64,000 bases of DNA from an uncultured Ectothiorhodospiraceae bacterium (GTDB taxonomy: Bacteria; Pseudomonadota; Gammaproteobacteria; S012-40). Location: the NCBI GenBank assembly GCA_945787125.1, contig CALZHW010000001.1:8323-72322 (forward strand). Direction: 5' to 3'. The translations under genes were made by a program, and so were the position numbers. Positions 49,161 through 58,378 of the stretch are shown piece after piece. Under the pieces are notes generated by a model that saw nothing but the letters and a program-made list of their open reading frames with translations, was not told the origin of the DNA and ran no database searches. The first letter of the stretch is position 1, and each line of letters opens with the position of its first letter.

Positions 49161-50279
49161 TTATTTCCCGACATCAGCCGCTTGCTGAATTTCATTGACT
49201 GATTGGCGCTTACACGCTTTACGGACTAAATGCGGGATTAGTAAATAAAACGGCATGCGCAAATAATGCGAACGAATATAAAGCAGCCAACGCGCGGCAG
49301 ACGTGAATGAGTCGTTACAACTGGCATGATCAGGCATTAAAGCACGGGAAAATAACAGATCCATCAGCATTGGAAAGCGCGGTTTATAGCGCGCTATTTC
49401 GCGGTATTCTTTGTTCGGGATCGGAACATTCAACAGCACTTTTAAATAATGCAGTGCATAATACGTCGGTAACATCAGGTTCAACTGTTTCGCGCGCACG
49501 ATTAACTCCTCCCAAAAAGTCGGTTCTTGCCCGGCTGCGTCTGATATCAATGCATCGAGATCGACCAAATCACGCAATCCATGCTCCAATTCCCCCTCAT
49601 AGAACAAATGGGTGGCACTGTGCAGAATCCTGTCAACCACTGAGAGTGTGTAAATATTTTTTTCAGAAGGAATTTTTCTTATCGCCTGCAATAACAGCGA
49701 TGCATCAGGGGCACAACTGACGGTATCCGGGAGTATATTATGATGCACATCAATAGTGGTGCCACGCTTGTTATGCACCATGGGCGGTAATTCATGCATC
49801 CACTTGCGATAGTATTGTTGATCATAGGCGTCCAGCTTTTCTGACTCCCAACCAGCAAGTGACAACGCCTCTTCAACGACCGCAAGGTCAGCTTTCGCAA
49901 CAATGATATCAACATCTGAAAAAAGCCGCCCTTTGCTGGCGTTAAGCTTGCCTAACGCATACGCCGCACCTTTCAATAAGACCAAAGGCTGATTAATTCC
50001 CCTCAATACCTCATTAATACAGGAAACTTCCCACTGTATGGACTCTATATGCCGTGTGGCAACTTTTGCATTGATTAACAAATGCGACAATGGGCGCGCG
50101 GGCACAAAGGACAGTAAATCTGCATCATTCAATCGATGATAAACCGTGGCTAAGGTTTTTGAGCGGCGAGCCTGCCGAATGAGAAGATCCCATTGCACTA
50201 AACTCATATTGCGAGCCATCGCTGGGTCACGCAAAAATAGCATGAGTTCGCACGGGTTTTTGATAAGATTAAAAGGCAT
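49161..50279 (-). CDS. nucleotidyltransferase-fold protein (uncharacterised NTP_transf_5-like family)
   Basis: 372 aa. Polymerase-beta-like motif GKLNASKGRLFSDVDIIV (G-S...D-x-D). Last gene of the PqqD/HprK-related cluster. Confidence 0.55.
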   Translation of the reverse strand: MPFNLIKNPCELMLFLRDPAMARNMSLVQWDLLIRQARRSKTLATVYHRLNDADLLSFVPARPLSHLLINAKVATRHIESIQWEVSCINEVLRGINQPLVLLKGAAYALGKLNASKGRLFSDVDIIVAKADLAVVEEALSLAGWESEKLDAYDQQYYRKWMHELPPMVHNKRGTTIDVHHNILPDTVSCAPDASLLLQAIRKIPSEKNIYTLSVVDRILHSATHLFYEGELEHGLRDLVDLDALISDAAGQEPTFWEELIVRAKQLNLMLPTYYALHYLKVLLNVPIPNKEYREIARYKPRFPMLMDLLFSRALMPDHASCNDSFTSAARWLLYIRSHYLRMPFYLLIPHLVRKACKRQSVNEIQQAADVGK

Positions 50280-50290
50280 CTGTTGCGAGG

Positions 50291-51193
50291 TTAGACCAAA
50301 GAATCAAACAGTTCAATAGCTTCAGGCAAAGCGCTGTAATTGAATCGATAACAATCGCATTGTTGGATCAAATCGCTTAATACTTCAAACCCGGTTGCAC
50401 CCAAAATATGATAATTAAATGTTTGCTGTGCGACCTCCATAAATGTGTGACCTTTTGAAAATTCTGTAAGTTTTGTCTTACTTGATGCTTGATACTGGGG
50501 CAAGATGACCCATTGAGCTGGCGCGATCTCATTGGCTCTTTGCACGCTCTCTAGTGGTGCTTTTAAATGCGATACCGTGCCTTTGTGCGTATCGTACGCA
50601 ACCTTGCCAAAAATTGGCTTTGCAACAAAATTCTTGATGATATCAATGGATTCGTTTTTTAAACTGATGGGCCTTGGTACCGGCGTAACAGACAGATCTT
50701 CCAGTGATATCAGCGCCAATTCATCAGAAAACAAACGCCAACCATTATTGACCAATGCAGAACACAAGGTGCTTTTTCCGGCACCGGGAGCACCCGGCAT
50801 AATAACCACCTTGCCATTTTTTTCTATCACCGCGGAATGAATCATTAAATATTGATGCGACTGATTGGCAATAGCCCAATTCAAACCCCACTCAAATTGC
50901 GCATAAGCCTGATCAATCGGCAAGGGAGTGAAGGGCTGGGTGCCGTCGTTATTAAAGATGGCCTGCCGCTTGAAAAATCGACGAAAGCCTGAGCCTTGCT
51001 CAATTTGAATGTAAATGTCCGCAAAATCGGCATGTATTTCGGCCTCATAAACGTCATACAGCCGGTAAATATCTTGCGCAACATTATGGATGGTACTGCA
51101 AATATTGACCTTATAAGGCCCAATATTTATGGTCACACCGTTATGAGAAATTTCAGTGTGAAAGAGTTTCGGGCAAATCTGGGAAAGTATCAC
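50291..51193 (-). CDS. HPr kinase-related protein (HprK-related kinase A-type), P-loop kinase
   Basis: 300 aa. C-terminal-domain-like P-loop VIMPGAPGAGKSTLCSAL as in HPr kinase/phosphorylase. No N-terminal HprK domain. Confidence 0.6.
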   Translation of the reverse strand: MILSQICPKLFHTEISHNGVTINIGPYKVNICSTIHNVAQDIYRLYDVYEAEIHADFADIYIQIEQGSGFRRFFKRQAIFNNDGTQPFTPLPIDQAYAQFEWGLNWAIANQSHQYLMIHSAVIEKNGKVVIMPGAPGAGKSTLCSALVNNGWRLFSDELALISLEDLSVTPVPRPISLKNESIDIIKNFVAKPIFGKVAYDTHKGTVSHLKAPLESVQRANEIAPAQWVILPQYQASSKTKLTEFSKGHTFMEVAQQTFNYHILGATGFEVLSDLIQQCDCYRFNYSALPEAIELFDSLV

Positions 51194-51464
51194 TTGGGTA
51201 GTTTACGATGAATCCTTGAGAACTAAGACTAAGCAAATGCTGTTCCAGTGAGAAATTTAATACTTTATCACTGGGAAATTCAAACTTTACCTTTAAGTTT
51301 TGAGCGAGATCACCCAGCCCGTGAGGCTGAGATTGCAGTAAGGTCAATATTTCTGAAGAAAGCGTATCGAGCAAGTGCGTTGAGCCAGAATACCGGTCGA
51401 AGATTATGGCTTCATCCGCCAGCTTTTTTATGATAAAACGGTTTTGTTTGTCAATTTGCCACAT
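51153..51464 (-). CDS. PqqD-family protein (RiPP recognition element-like peptide chaperone)
   Basis: 103 aa, RFIIKKLADEAIIFDRYSGSTHLLDTLSSEILTLLQ is a pattern typical of PqqD/RRE winged-helix proteins. Overlaps the kinase gene by 41 nt. Confidence 0.5.
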   Translation of the reverse strand: MWQIDKQNRFIIKKLADEAIIFDRYSGSTHLLDTLSSEILTLLQSQPHGLGDLAQNLKVKFEFPSDKVLNFSLEQHLLSLSSQGFIVNYPSDTFPDLPETLSH

Positions 51465-51489
51465 TGGCTAGGTTTAGCAGAATTAAGAT

Positions 51490-52245
51490 TTAGGTAAAGC
51501 TACTCACGAACAGGTCAACGATATCCTGGGTGGTCAAATTTATTGTTCTTCCCGCGATAATATATTCACCGCCGCCCATTGCCCCCAATAAATACAAATC
51601 CACCACCTGGTATGGCTGAAAGAAATAACCTGCAGGAATATCCGAAGACAAACCAGAGTTCACTGCGTTAAGGTAACAGGCGGTAGCAAACCGTGCCAGC
51701 TCAAAATCAGTTTGGTTTAATGCGAGAGATTCAAGGTGCGGATTCAGTGTACCCACAGCATATTCGCAAAAATTTGCCCGGTATTTGTCAAGATTGGCGA
51801 ATTTAGGATTACCTTTATATCCTTTGACAGCTTTACAGTCGTCCACCGAGTCCACGTTCTTCAAACTTTCAGATAACGCAAAAATCTCGAATAAATTCAA
51901 ATCAAGATAATTTGTAAAAAGAGGATCCTCAAATGGGTGAAATATACTCGCAAAAGTTGTCGCTTTTCTATCTAAAACCGAAAACTTTCTCGTCTGCTTC
52001 CAGTATCCCGGGCTCCTGCCAAAAGCGTAGGCACCAACGTTACAAGGAGCAGCACCACCACCTACCGACATATTACCGGAGACCATTCCAGAAAAATTGC
52101 AGGTGTTGGATAATACCGGACGACTATGCATGGTCATTAAGACAGGAGCACTAATCAGACCCAGCTTCATTATCTTACGTCGCGACAGATTCTGATCAGT
52201 CAATTTTTGTTGATTGTTTTCGGTATTTTCTGGTTTATTACTCAT
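51490..52245 (-). CDS. hypothetical exported protein with twin-arginine-like signal peptide; first gene of the PqqD/HprK-related cluster
   Basis: 251 aa, SRRKIMKLGLISAPVLMTMHS (Tat-like RRxxxK motif plus hydrophobic core), then Gly/Cys-rich segment CNFSGMVSGNMSVGGGAAPCNVGAYAFG. No recognisable family. Confidence 0.4.
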   Translation of the reverse strand: MSNKPENTENNQQKLTDQNLSRRKIMKLGLISAPVLMTMHSRPVLSNTCNFSGMVSGNMSVGGGAAPCNVGAYAFGRSPGYWKQTRKFSVLDRKATTFASIFHPFEDPLFTNYLDLNLFEIFALSESLKNVDSVDDCKAVKGYKGNPKFANLDKYRANFCEYAVGTLNPHLESLALNQTDFELARFATACYLNAVNSGLSSDIPAGYFFQPYQVVDLYLLGAMGGGEYIIAGRTINLTTQDIVDLFVSSFT

Positions 52246-52738
52246 AATGTTTTATTTGCCAATCATTTTATGATTAATTAGGTATTGGTCTGGAATTACT
52301 TTAAAATATATTTATTTCAATATCTGTAATGCATAAATCATTCCACATCTCATGATTTGCTTTTAATTCAACAATTTACAGAGATTATCCAGCGGTTTTA
52401 GAATTATCCGAGAGAACCTGCTGTTGATTTCCCATCATCCTGTAAGAAATAGCGACAATTAGATGATGAGCTGACTAATATGCTGCCAATTATAATTGTT
52501 TTTGTCGGCCAATTACAGGAAATGTAAAATTAAACGGGCACTATTAGCTAAATTTTCAATAATTTTACAATTGCAAGCAGTGAAAGCCCCGATTTCAGAC
52601 TTCAGCGCCTGCCAACCAAGAAAAATGTGTTAAGATTTTCGACACTAAATTAAAGACTAAACCATTGTGATCAGAATAACTATGATTTATTTCACAACTT
52701 ATTCCCCATCTCTCCCATCGAGCTAAATCACGATACCC

Positions 52739-53971
52739 ATGGCATTAATTCGGCAAAAGCACCGCATAATTCCCACTGTTTTAACATTTTATCTGCTACT
52801 GCTTCTATTTGGCAGCCTGCATCCCATCAGCACCTGGCAAACACCACCCTACCAGGATTTGATCGGCTCATTTGAAAGCGATACAAAATATACGCCCAAA
52901 AGCGATTTAATCATTAATTTATTGATTTACATACCGTTTGGATTACTTCTCGTACTTCTATTAAATCGTTTCGGTCAATACAAAACGACTTATTTACAAG
53001 CCATTATCATCGCGGCGTTAGTGAGCCTTAGCATTGAATGCCTACAACTTTTCATCCCCTCAAGAGCCCAGTCATTTGTCGATTTTGGTATGAATTCAGT
53101 GGGCGCTGGCCTTGGATGTTTACTACACGCTGCATTCACCAAAAAAGGGCTATTGGGTGGCACATTTAATCACTGGCGCTACAATTTATTCTATCGTGGA
53201 CGCTACGTCGATCTTGGCATACTGGTAATTGCTGGCTGGGCTCTTTCCGAACTCAGCCCATTCCTGCCATCCCTAAACTCTCAGCATGTGACTGACGAAA
53301 TACTGGCTTTGCGCAGCCAGCTGGAAATTCGCGACATCCTGTTTCTCGATATTATCAATACCTGCCTGCAAACATATACTTTGCTTATTATTTTCAAGCT
53401 TTGCTTGAGATATCAGTTAAATACCTTGTTATTAGCACTGGCGTTTTGTTTTATGGTGATTTTATATAAAATCCCGGTGGATGGCCTAAGCATACGAATT
53501 GAAAGCATTCTTGGCATCATCGCAGCCACTATCATTTACTTTGTTAGTCCAGGATTATCCAGCCGCAGCAAAACCGGCATTGCCATCTACGCAATAAGTA
53601 TAAGCTACATAATCAGCCAGTTAAATCACCTTCAAATTACACAGATTGACGACATATCTACTTTTAACTGGATACCCTTTGCATTTCCTTCAAACAGAAT
53701 GCAATACATTAATGACATTTTATTGACAAGTTGGGTTTTTGGTGCCATCAGTTTCCTGGTGATTAGCCTTAAATTAAGGCATCACCGTGAAGTTTGGCTA
53801 ATTGGTGTCGTGGCCACGGGCATAGCATGCTCAAGTGTAGAGTGGCAACAGCAATATCTACAACATGTCTCTGCTGATTTAACAATCGTGCTTATTGCCA
53901 TGCTGATTTGGACACTGCCATTTCTTCATCCGGAAGTCAGACGAGCGATCAAATCAAAACCTCTGCCATAA
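52739..53971 (+). CDS. polytopic membrane protein with N-terminal VanZ-like domain
   Basis: 410 aa, many predicted TM helices. The segment RAQSFVDFGMNSVGAGLGCLL resembles the conserved VanZ-family motif. Confidence 0.4.
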   Translation: MALIRQKHRIIPTVLTFYLLLLLFGSLHPISTWQTPPYQDLIGSFESDTKYTPKSDLIINLLIYIPFGLLLVLLLNRFGQYKTTYLQAIIIAALVSLSIECLQLFIPSRAQSFVDFGMNSVGAGLGCLLHAAFTKKGLLGGTFNHWRYNLFYRGRYVDLGILVIAGWALSELSPFLPSLNSQHVTDEILALRSQLEIRDILFLDIINTCLQTYTLLIIFKLCLRYQLNTLLLALAFCFMVILYKIPVDGLSIRIESILGIIAATIIYFVSPGLSSRSKTGIAIYAISISYIISQLNHLQITQIDDISTFNWIPFAFPSNRMQYINDILLTSWVFGAISFLVISLKLRHHREVWLIGVVATGIACSSVEWQQQYLQHVSADLTIVLIAMLIWTLPFLHPEVRRAIKSKPLP

Positions 53972-53998
53972 GCCACACACTAAACGCTTAAATAACAG

Positions 53999-55027
53999 TT
54001 AAATAACTCTTAAATAATTCTGATTCGCCAGATACCAATCCACGGTTTTCTCTATGCCTTGTTCAAACTGCAAGGAAGGCGACCAGGTTAATTCGTTTTT
54101 CAATTTTTCGCCATTAATCGCATAACGCCAATCATGCCCCGGCCGATCGGTGACAAAGGTAATCAAGGACTCATAGGGTTTATCCCAGGGGCTTTTTGCA
54201 TCTAACAACGTACAAATAATTTTTGCAATATCATTATTTGCCCACTCATTATTACCACCGACATTATAGGTTTCGCCAATTTTTCCTTGTCGCACCACCT
54301 TATCAATTGCCGTACAGTGATCATCCACATAAAGCCAATCGCGAATATTGGTGCCATCACCGTAAACCGGAATCGAATCATGATTCAAACACGCACGAAT
54401 CACCGTAGGAATGAATTTTTCACCGTGCTGATAAGCACCATAATTGTTTGAGCAGTTACTGGTGGTCACCGGCAAACCATAGGTATGCAAATAGGAGCGA
54501 ACCAGATGATCAGACCCCGCTTTAGATGCGGAGTACGGTGAATTCGGTGCATAAGGCGTTGTTTCAGTAAAAGCCGGCTCATCTGCTGACAAGGTTCCAT
54601 AGACCTCATCGGTTGAAATGTGGTGAAAGCGGCATTGTGTTTCGCCCCAACCTTTTTCATTCAACCAAACCTGACGCGCGGCCTCAAGTACCGTAAATGT
54701 TCCGATCAGGTTGGATTGTATAAATGCCGCAGGCCCGGTGATTGATCGATCCACATGACTTTCTGCTGCAAAATGCACAATGTTGTTGATATCATGTTCT
54801 TTTAACAAGCTTAACATCAATGCTGAATCACAAATATCGCCTTCAACAAATCGATGCCGCTCAGGCGCTGGTAAATTTTCAAGGTTTTTAAGACTACCGG
54901 CAAAACTTAAATTATCAACATTGACGATGTTTACCGTCTCATCGCTGGTCAGCAAATATCTAATATAGTTACTACCAATAAAGCCTGCACCACCGGTGAC
55001 CAATACATTTTTAGGGCTAAAACTCAT
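53999..55027 (-). CDS. rmlB: dTDP-glucose 4,6-dehydratase
   Basis: 342 aa, NVLVTGGAGFIGSNYIRYLL Rossmann motif, YSASKAGSD catalytic YxxxK. Confidence 0.9.
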   Translation of the reverse strand: MSFSPKNVLVTGGAGFIGSNYIRYLLTSDETVNIVNVDNLSFAGSLKNLENLPAPERHRFVEGDICDSALMLSLLKEHDINNIVHFAAESHVDRSITGPAAFIQSNLIGTFTVLEAARQVWLNEKGWGETQCRFHHISTDEVYGTLSADEPAFTETTPYAPNSPYSASKAGSDHLVRSYLHTYGLPVTTSNCSNNYGAYQHGEKFIPTVIRACLNHDSIPVYGDGTNIRDWLYVDDHCTAIDKVVRQGKIGETYNVGGNNEWANNDIAKIICTLLDAKSPWDKPYESLITFVTDRPGHDWRYAINGEKLKNELTWSPSLQFEQGIEKTVDWYLANQNYLRVI

Positions 55028-55914
55028 TATTTAACGAGCTCCTTAATCATAATTTTTAGTTCGTCTTGCCAGGAATACTGATCGATATCAAATACCGCTT
55101 TAAGCTTAGAACAATCCAGCCGACTATTTTGCGGACGCTTGGCAGGCAACGGGAATTCGTTAGTGGCTATGGGTAAAACGCGCTTGACCATTAAGGTTTC
55201 GTGTTGGCGGGTATTTTCAATAATGGCGTTGGCAAACTCATACCAGGTGCTTTGCGGAAGATCGCAATAATGATATGTACCAAATGCCGTAAAATCTTTA
55301 TTCTGCTCTTTACTCTGCATGGCATGACAAATTCGCAACAGAACTTTCGAAACATTCACCGTGGACGTAGGACAACCGTGTTGATCACTGACGATCTTAA
55401 GCTCTTCTCTCTCACGTGCCAGGCGTTGAATGGTTTTTACAAAGTTATGCCCATATAAACCAAATGCCCAGCTAATTCTTAATATAATGTGTTGCGGCAA
55501 AATGGCGCGGACGGCTTCTTCTCCTGCATTTTTACTTTGGCCGTAAACCCCCATAGGGTTAACCGGGTCTGTTTCTGTATAAGCCGTTTTTTTATCGCCA
55601 TCAAAGACATAATCGGTTGAAATATGAATGAGCGGAACATCGAGCGCAAGACAAGCCTTGGCGATATTTTCCGGCCCGTTCTGGTTCACCTTGAACGCAA
55701 GATCAGGCTCGGACTCTGCTTTATCGACGGCAGTGTAAGCCGCAGCATTAATCACCAAATCCGGGGTGATCTCACGCATTTTTTCGAGCACTGCCTGAGC
55801 ATTAGTGATATCCAGACCATTGCGATCAAGTGCCACCACATCAAACGTCGTCGCCGCAAGATGACACAAGTTTTGCCCTAACTGCCCACCAGCACCTAAT
55901 ACTAAGAGCTTCAT
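55027..55914 (-). CDS. rmlD: dTDP-4-dehydrorhamnose reductase
   Basis: 295 aa, MKLLVLGAGGQLGQNL... RmlD-type short-chain reductase. Sits between rmlC and rmlB. Confidence 0.85.
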   Translation of the reverse strand: MKLLVLGAGGQLGQNLCHLAATTFDVVALDRNGLDITNAQAVLEKMREITPDLVINAAAYTAVDKAESEPDLAFKVNQNGPENIAKACLALDVPLIHISTDYVFDGDKKTAYTETDPVNPMGVYGQSKNAGEEAVRAILPQHIILRISWAFGLYGHNFVKTIQRLAREREELKIVSDQHGCPTSTVNVSKVLLRICHAMQSKEQNKDFTAFGTYHYCDLPQSTWYEFANAIIENTRQHETLMVKRVLPIATNEFPLPAKRPQNSRLDCSKLKAVFDIDQYSWQDELKIMIKELVK

Positions 55915-56468
55915 AATGTGGGTAAATCCTCGGGAGTCATAGCAGATAATAGCGATGCATTTTTGTCCTTTTCTGACAACTCCACTTCATCCAATGCAAT
56001 CGGCCAATCGATAGCGATTGCAGGGTCATCAAAGCGAATACTTTTTTCAGATTCTGGATGATAATAGTCGGTGCATTTATAAATAAAATCAACCGTCTCT
56101 GAAAGCACACAAAACCCATGCGCAAAACCCGGTGGCACATACATTTGACGATGATTTTCATCACTTAGAATCACCCCGACCCATTGACCAAACGTCGCTG
56201 AACCCTGGCGGACATCGACTGCCACATCATATACGTCGCCGCGCGAAACACTCACCAGCTTGCCTTGCGGTTGTATCAACTGATAGTGCAAACCCCGCAG
56301 TACGCCACGAAAAGAGCGTGAATGATTATCCTGCACAAACTGCTCATTTATTCCCGCATCCGCATAACGCACCTGATTATAGGTTTCTTGAAAAAAACCT
56401 CGCTGATCACCGAAAACTTTCGGCTCCAGGATAAGCACACCTGGTAACTTTGTCTCAATAATGTTCAA
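55911..56468 (-). CDS. rmlC: dTDP-4-dehydrorhamnose 3,5-epimerase
   Basis: 185 aa cupin, FGDQRGFFQETYN...RGLHYQ motifs. Confidence 0.85.
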   Translation of the reverse strand: MNIIETKLPGVLILEPKVFGDQRGFFQETYNQVRYADAGINEQFVQDNHSRSFRGVLRGLHYQLIQPQGKLVSVSRGDVYDVAVDVRQGSATFGQWVGVILSDENHRQMYVPPGFAHGFCVLSETVDFIYKCTDYYHPESEKSIRFDDPAIAIDWPIALDEVELSEKDKNASLLSAMTPEDLPTL

Positions 56469-56483
56469 TATCGCCTCCGCTGT

Positions 56484-57362
56484 TTATAATTTTCGATGGA
56501 GAATATTTTTTAAATATTCCCCGTAGCCGTTTTTCATTAAAGGCGCTGCAAGCTTCTCCAGCTGCTCGGCATCGATGTAACCCTGGCGAAAGGCGATTTC
56601 TTCCGGACAACAAATTTTCAGCCCTTGGCGCTCTTCCACCACTTGAATAAAATTTGCCGCAGCGAGCAGCGAATCATGCGTTCCCGTATCCAACCATGCC
56701 GAACCACGACCCAGCTTTTCTACATGGAGCTCTTCTTGCTGTAGATATACATTATTAACATCCGTTATCTCAAGCTCACCACGGGCTGAAGGTTTGATCT
56801 CTTTGGCAATCTCGACAACCTGGTTATCGTAGAAATACAGCCCGGTCACCGCATAATTGGATTTCGCAATTTTGGGTTTTTCTTCAATGCTGATGGCATT
56901 ACCCGACCCGTCGAATTCCACTACGCCATAACGCTCAGGATCTTTCACGTAGTAACCAAATACCGTTGCACCTTTATCCCTTTTGGTCGAATTCGCCAGC
57001 GTGGATTCCAAGCCATGTCCATAGAAGATGTTATCTCCCAGTACGAGACTCACTGGACTATTATCGATGAATTCTTCACCAATCGTAAACGCCTGCGCCA
57101 AACCTTTGGGCTCTTCCTGCACAGCGTATTGAATACTTATTCCCCATTTTTGACCATCGCCCAATAAACGCTGAAATAATATGGCATCCTGAGGTGTAGT
57201 AATGATCAAAATATCGCGTATGCCAGCCAGCATTAACAGCGAAACCGGATAATAAATCATCGGCTTATCATAAATCGGCATGAGTTGTTTGCTGACTGAC
57301 ATTGTCAATGGGTGAAGGCGAGTACCGGAGCCACCGGCTAGTACGATTCCTTTGTAGTTCAA
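56484..57362 (-). CDS. rmlA: glucose-1-phosphate thymidylyltransferase
   Basis: 292 aa, [16 protein letters not shown] nucleotidyltransferase motif. Confidence 0.9.
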   Translation of the reverse strand: MNYKGIVLAGGSGTRLHPLTMSVSKQLMPIYDKPMIYYPVSLLMLAGIRDILIITTPQDAILFQRLLGDGQKWGISIQYAVQEEPKGLAQAFTIGEEFIDNSPVSLVLGDNIFYGHGLESTLANSTKRDKGATVFGYYVKDPERYGVVEFDGSGNAISIEEKPKIAKSNYAVTGLYFYDNQVVEIAKEIKPSARGELEITDVNNVYLQQEELHVEKLGRGSAWLDTGTHDSLLAAANFIQVVEERQGLKICCPEEIAFRQGYIDAEQLEKLAAPLMKNGYGEYLKNILHRKL

Positions 57363-57436
57363 TTTTATCCCTTTAAGGTAGTGCTATCTTATGTGTTACA
57401 AATAATAACCAGTAAGGCTCTCAATACAAACTTAAA

Positions 57437-57787
57437 ACTCAAGTTACGGAGTTCAAAGTTGTAAAAGTGCCACCTTCCTGCACCCGTAGCGGCAAAACCT
57501 TAGCGAGAGACGCCGTGAATACGTCCATGTAGGATACTCTACGGTATGGGCGACGAGGGCGGGAGGCCTATCTACAAAGACAAGCTCATGGCTTAAGGCT
57601 TGAGCGGCCTTCCCGGATACTTCTTCATCGTACTTTAAATGACCGGATTAGTCCTGTCGCATAACCTTTTGGTTACTGAATTTGATCATACAAGGCTTGA
57701 CGACAGCATCCGTGCTGTCAACACTCTCGATAAGGCCTTGCCACTACGAGTGCTGATCACGGGAAATAGCTTGAACTCCGATACTTG
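57437..57787. repeat. Family-A element split by a nested ~170-bp insertion (left half 57437-57528, insert 57529-57698, right half 57699-57787)
   Basis: The left half actcaagttacggagttcaaagttgtaaaagtgccaccttcctgcacccgtagcggcaaaaccttagcgagagacgccgtgaatacgtccatgtagg and the right half cttgacgacagcatccgtgctgtcaacactctcgataaggccttgccactacgagtgctg...ttgaactccgatacttg together reconstruct one element. Confidence 0.65.
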
Positions 57788-57947
57788 CGTTAAAACATGC
57801 ACTGCAAACAAATATCAATGAATAATTAGAAAGATTCGGCCATACAAAAATTAGAACCAAAAATATTAAATATTCCGCCTTATGGTAATCTGCATTTTAT
57901 AGTTACTCAGTGCTGCATCACGGAAAAACTTATTATTTTTACAAAAA

Positions 57948-58002
57948 CTCACAATCAGCGTTCAAAATGAAGAAAGTGCCACCTCCAGCCACTCAGTGCA
58001 CT
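57948..58002. repeat. Family-A element remnant (terminus only)
   Basis: ctcacaatcagcgttcaaaatgaagaaagtgccacctccagcc. Confidence 0.4.
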
Positions 58003-58325
58003 TCAAATTCATTTTAAAGCCGCCATAGAACAAAATAGGATGTACAAAAATTCCAGAATCCCAAATGCCACAAGTATATAATAAAGCAAGTTACGCAAAT
58101 CTGCATCATATCGGCACGACTTTTGGGATAGAATAAAATTTGAGCTTATCGCATTTGAATCGTCCTGCGCTGACCGTTTACTGATTTAATATATTATACC
58201 TACATATAAGGAAGGCTGAGGAATAATTTGACTAATTAAAGTACTGCGACAGAAAGACGTTACTGAATCTGAAATGAATATATCGAGACAAAAGAGCAAT
58301 CGATATCATTATTACTGAAGCCTAA

Positions 58326-58353
58326 CGATTAATCTAGGTTCAACCTAGAATAA
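58326..58353. repeat. Family-B terminal-inverted-repeat junction remnant (right TIR abutting left TIR)
   Basis: cgattaatctagg-ttcaa-cctagaataatc: both termini of the family-B element juxtaposed with a 5-bp spacer, 25 bp upstream of the MBOAT gene. Confidence 0.4.
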
Positions 58354-58378
58354 TCTAAACGAGAGAAAAAACCTCAAC

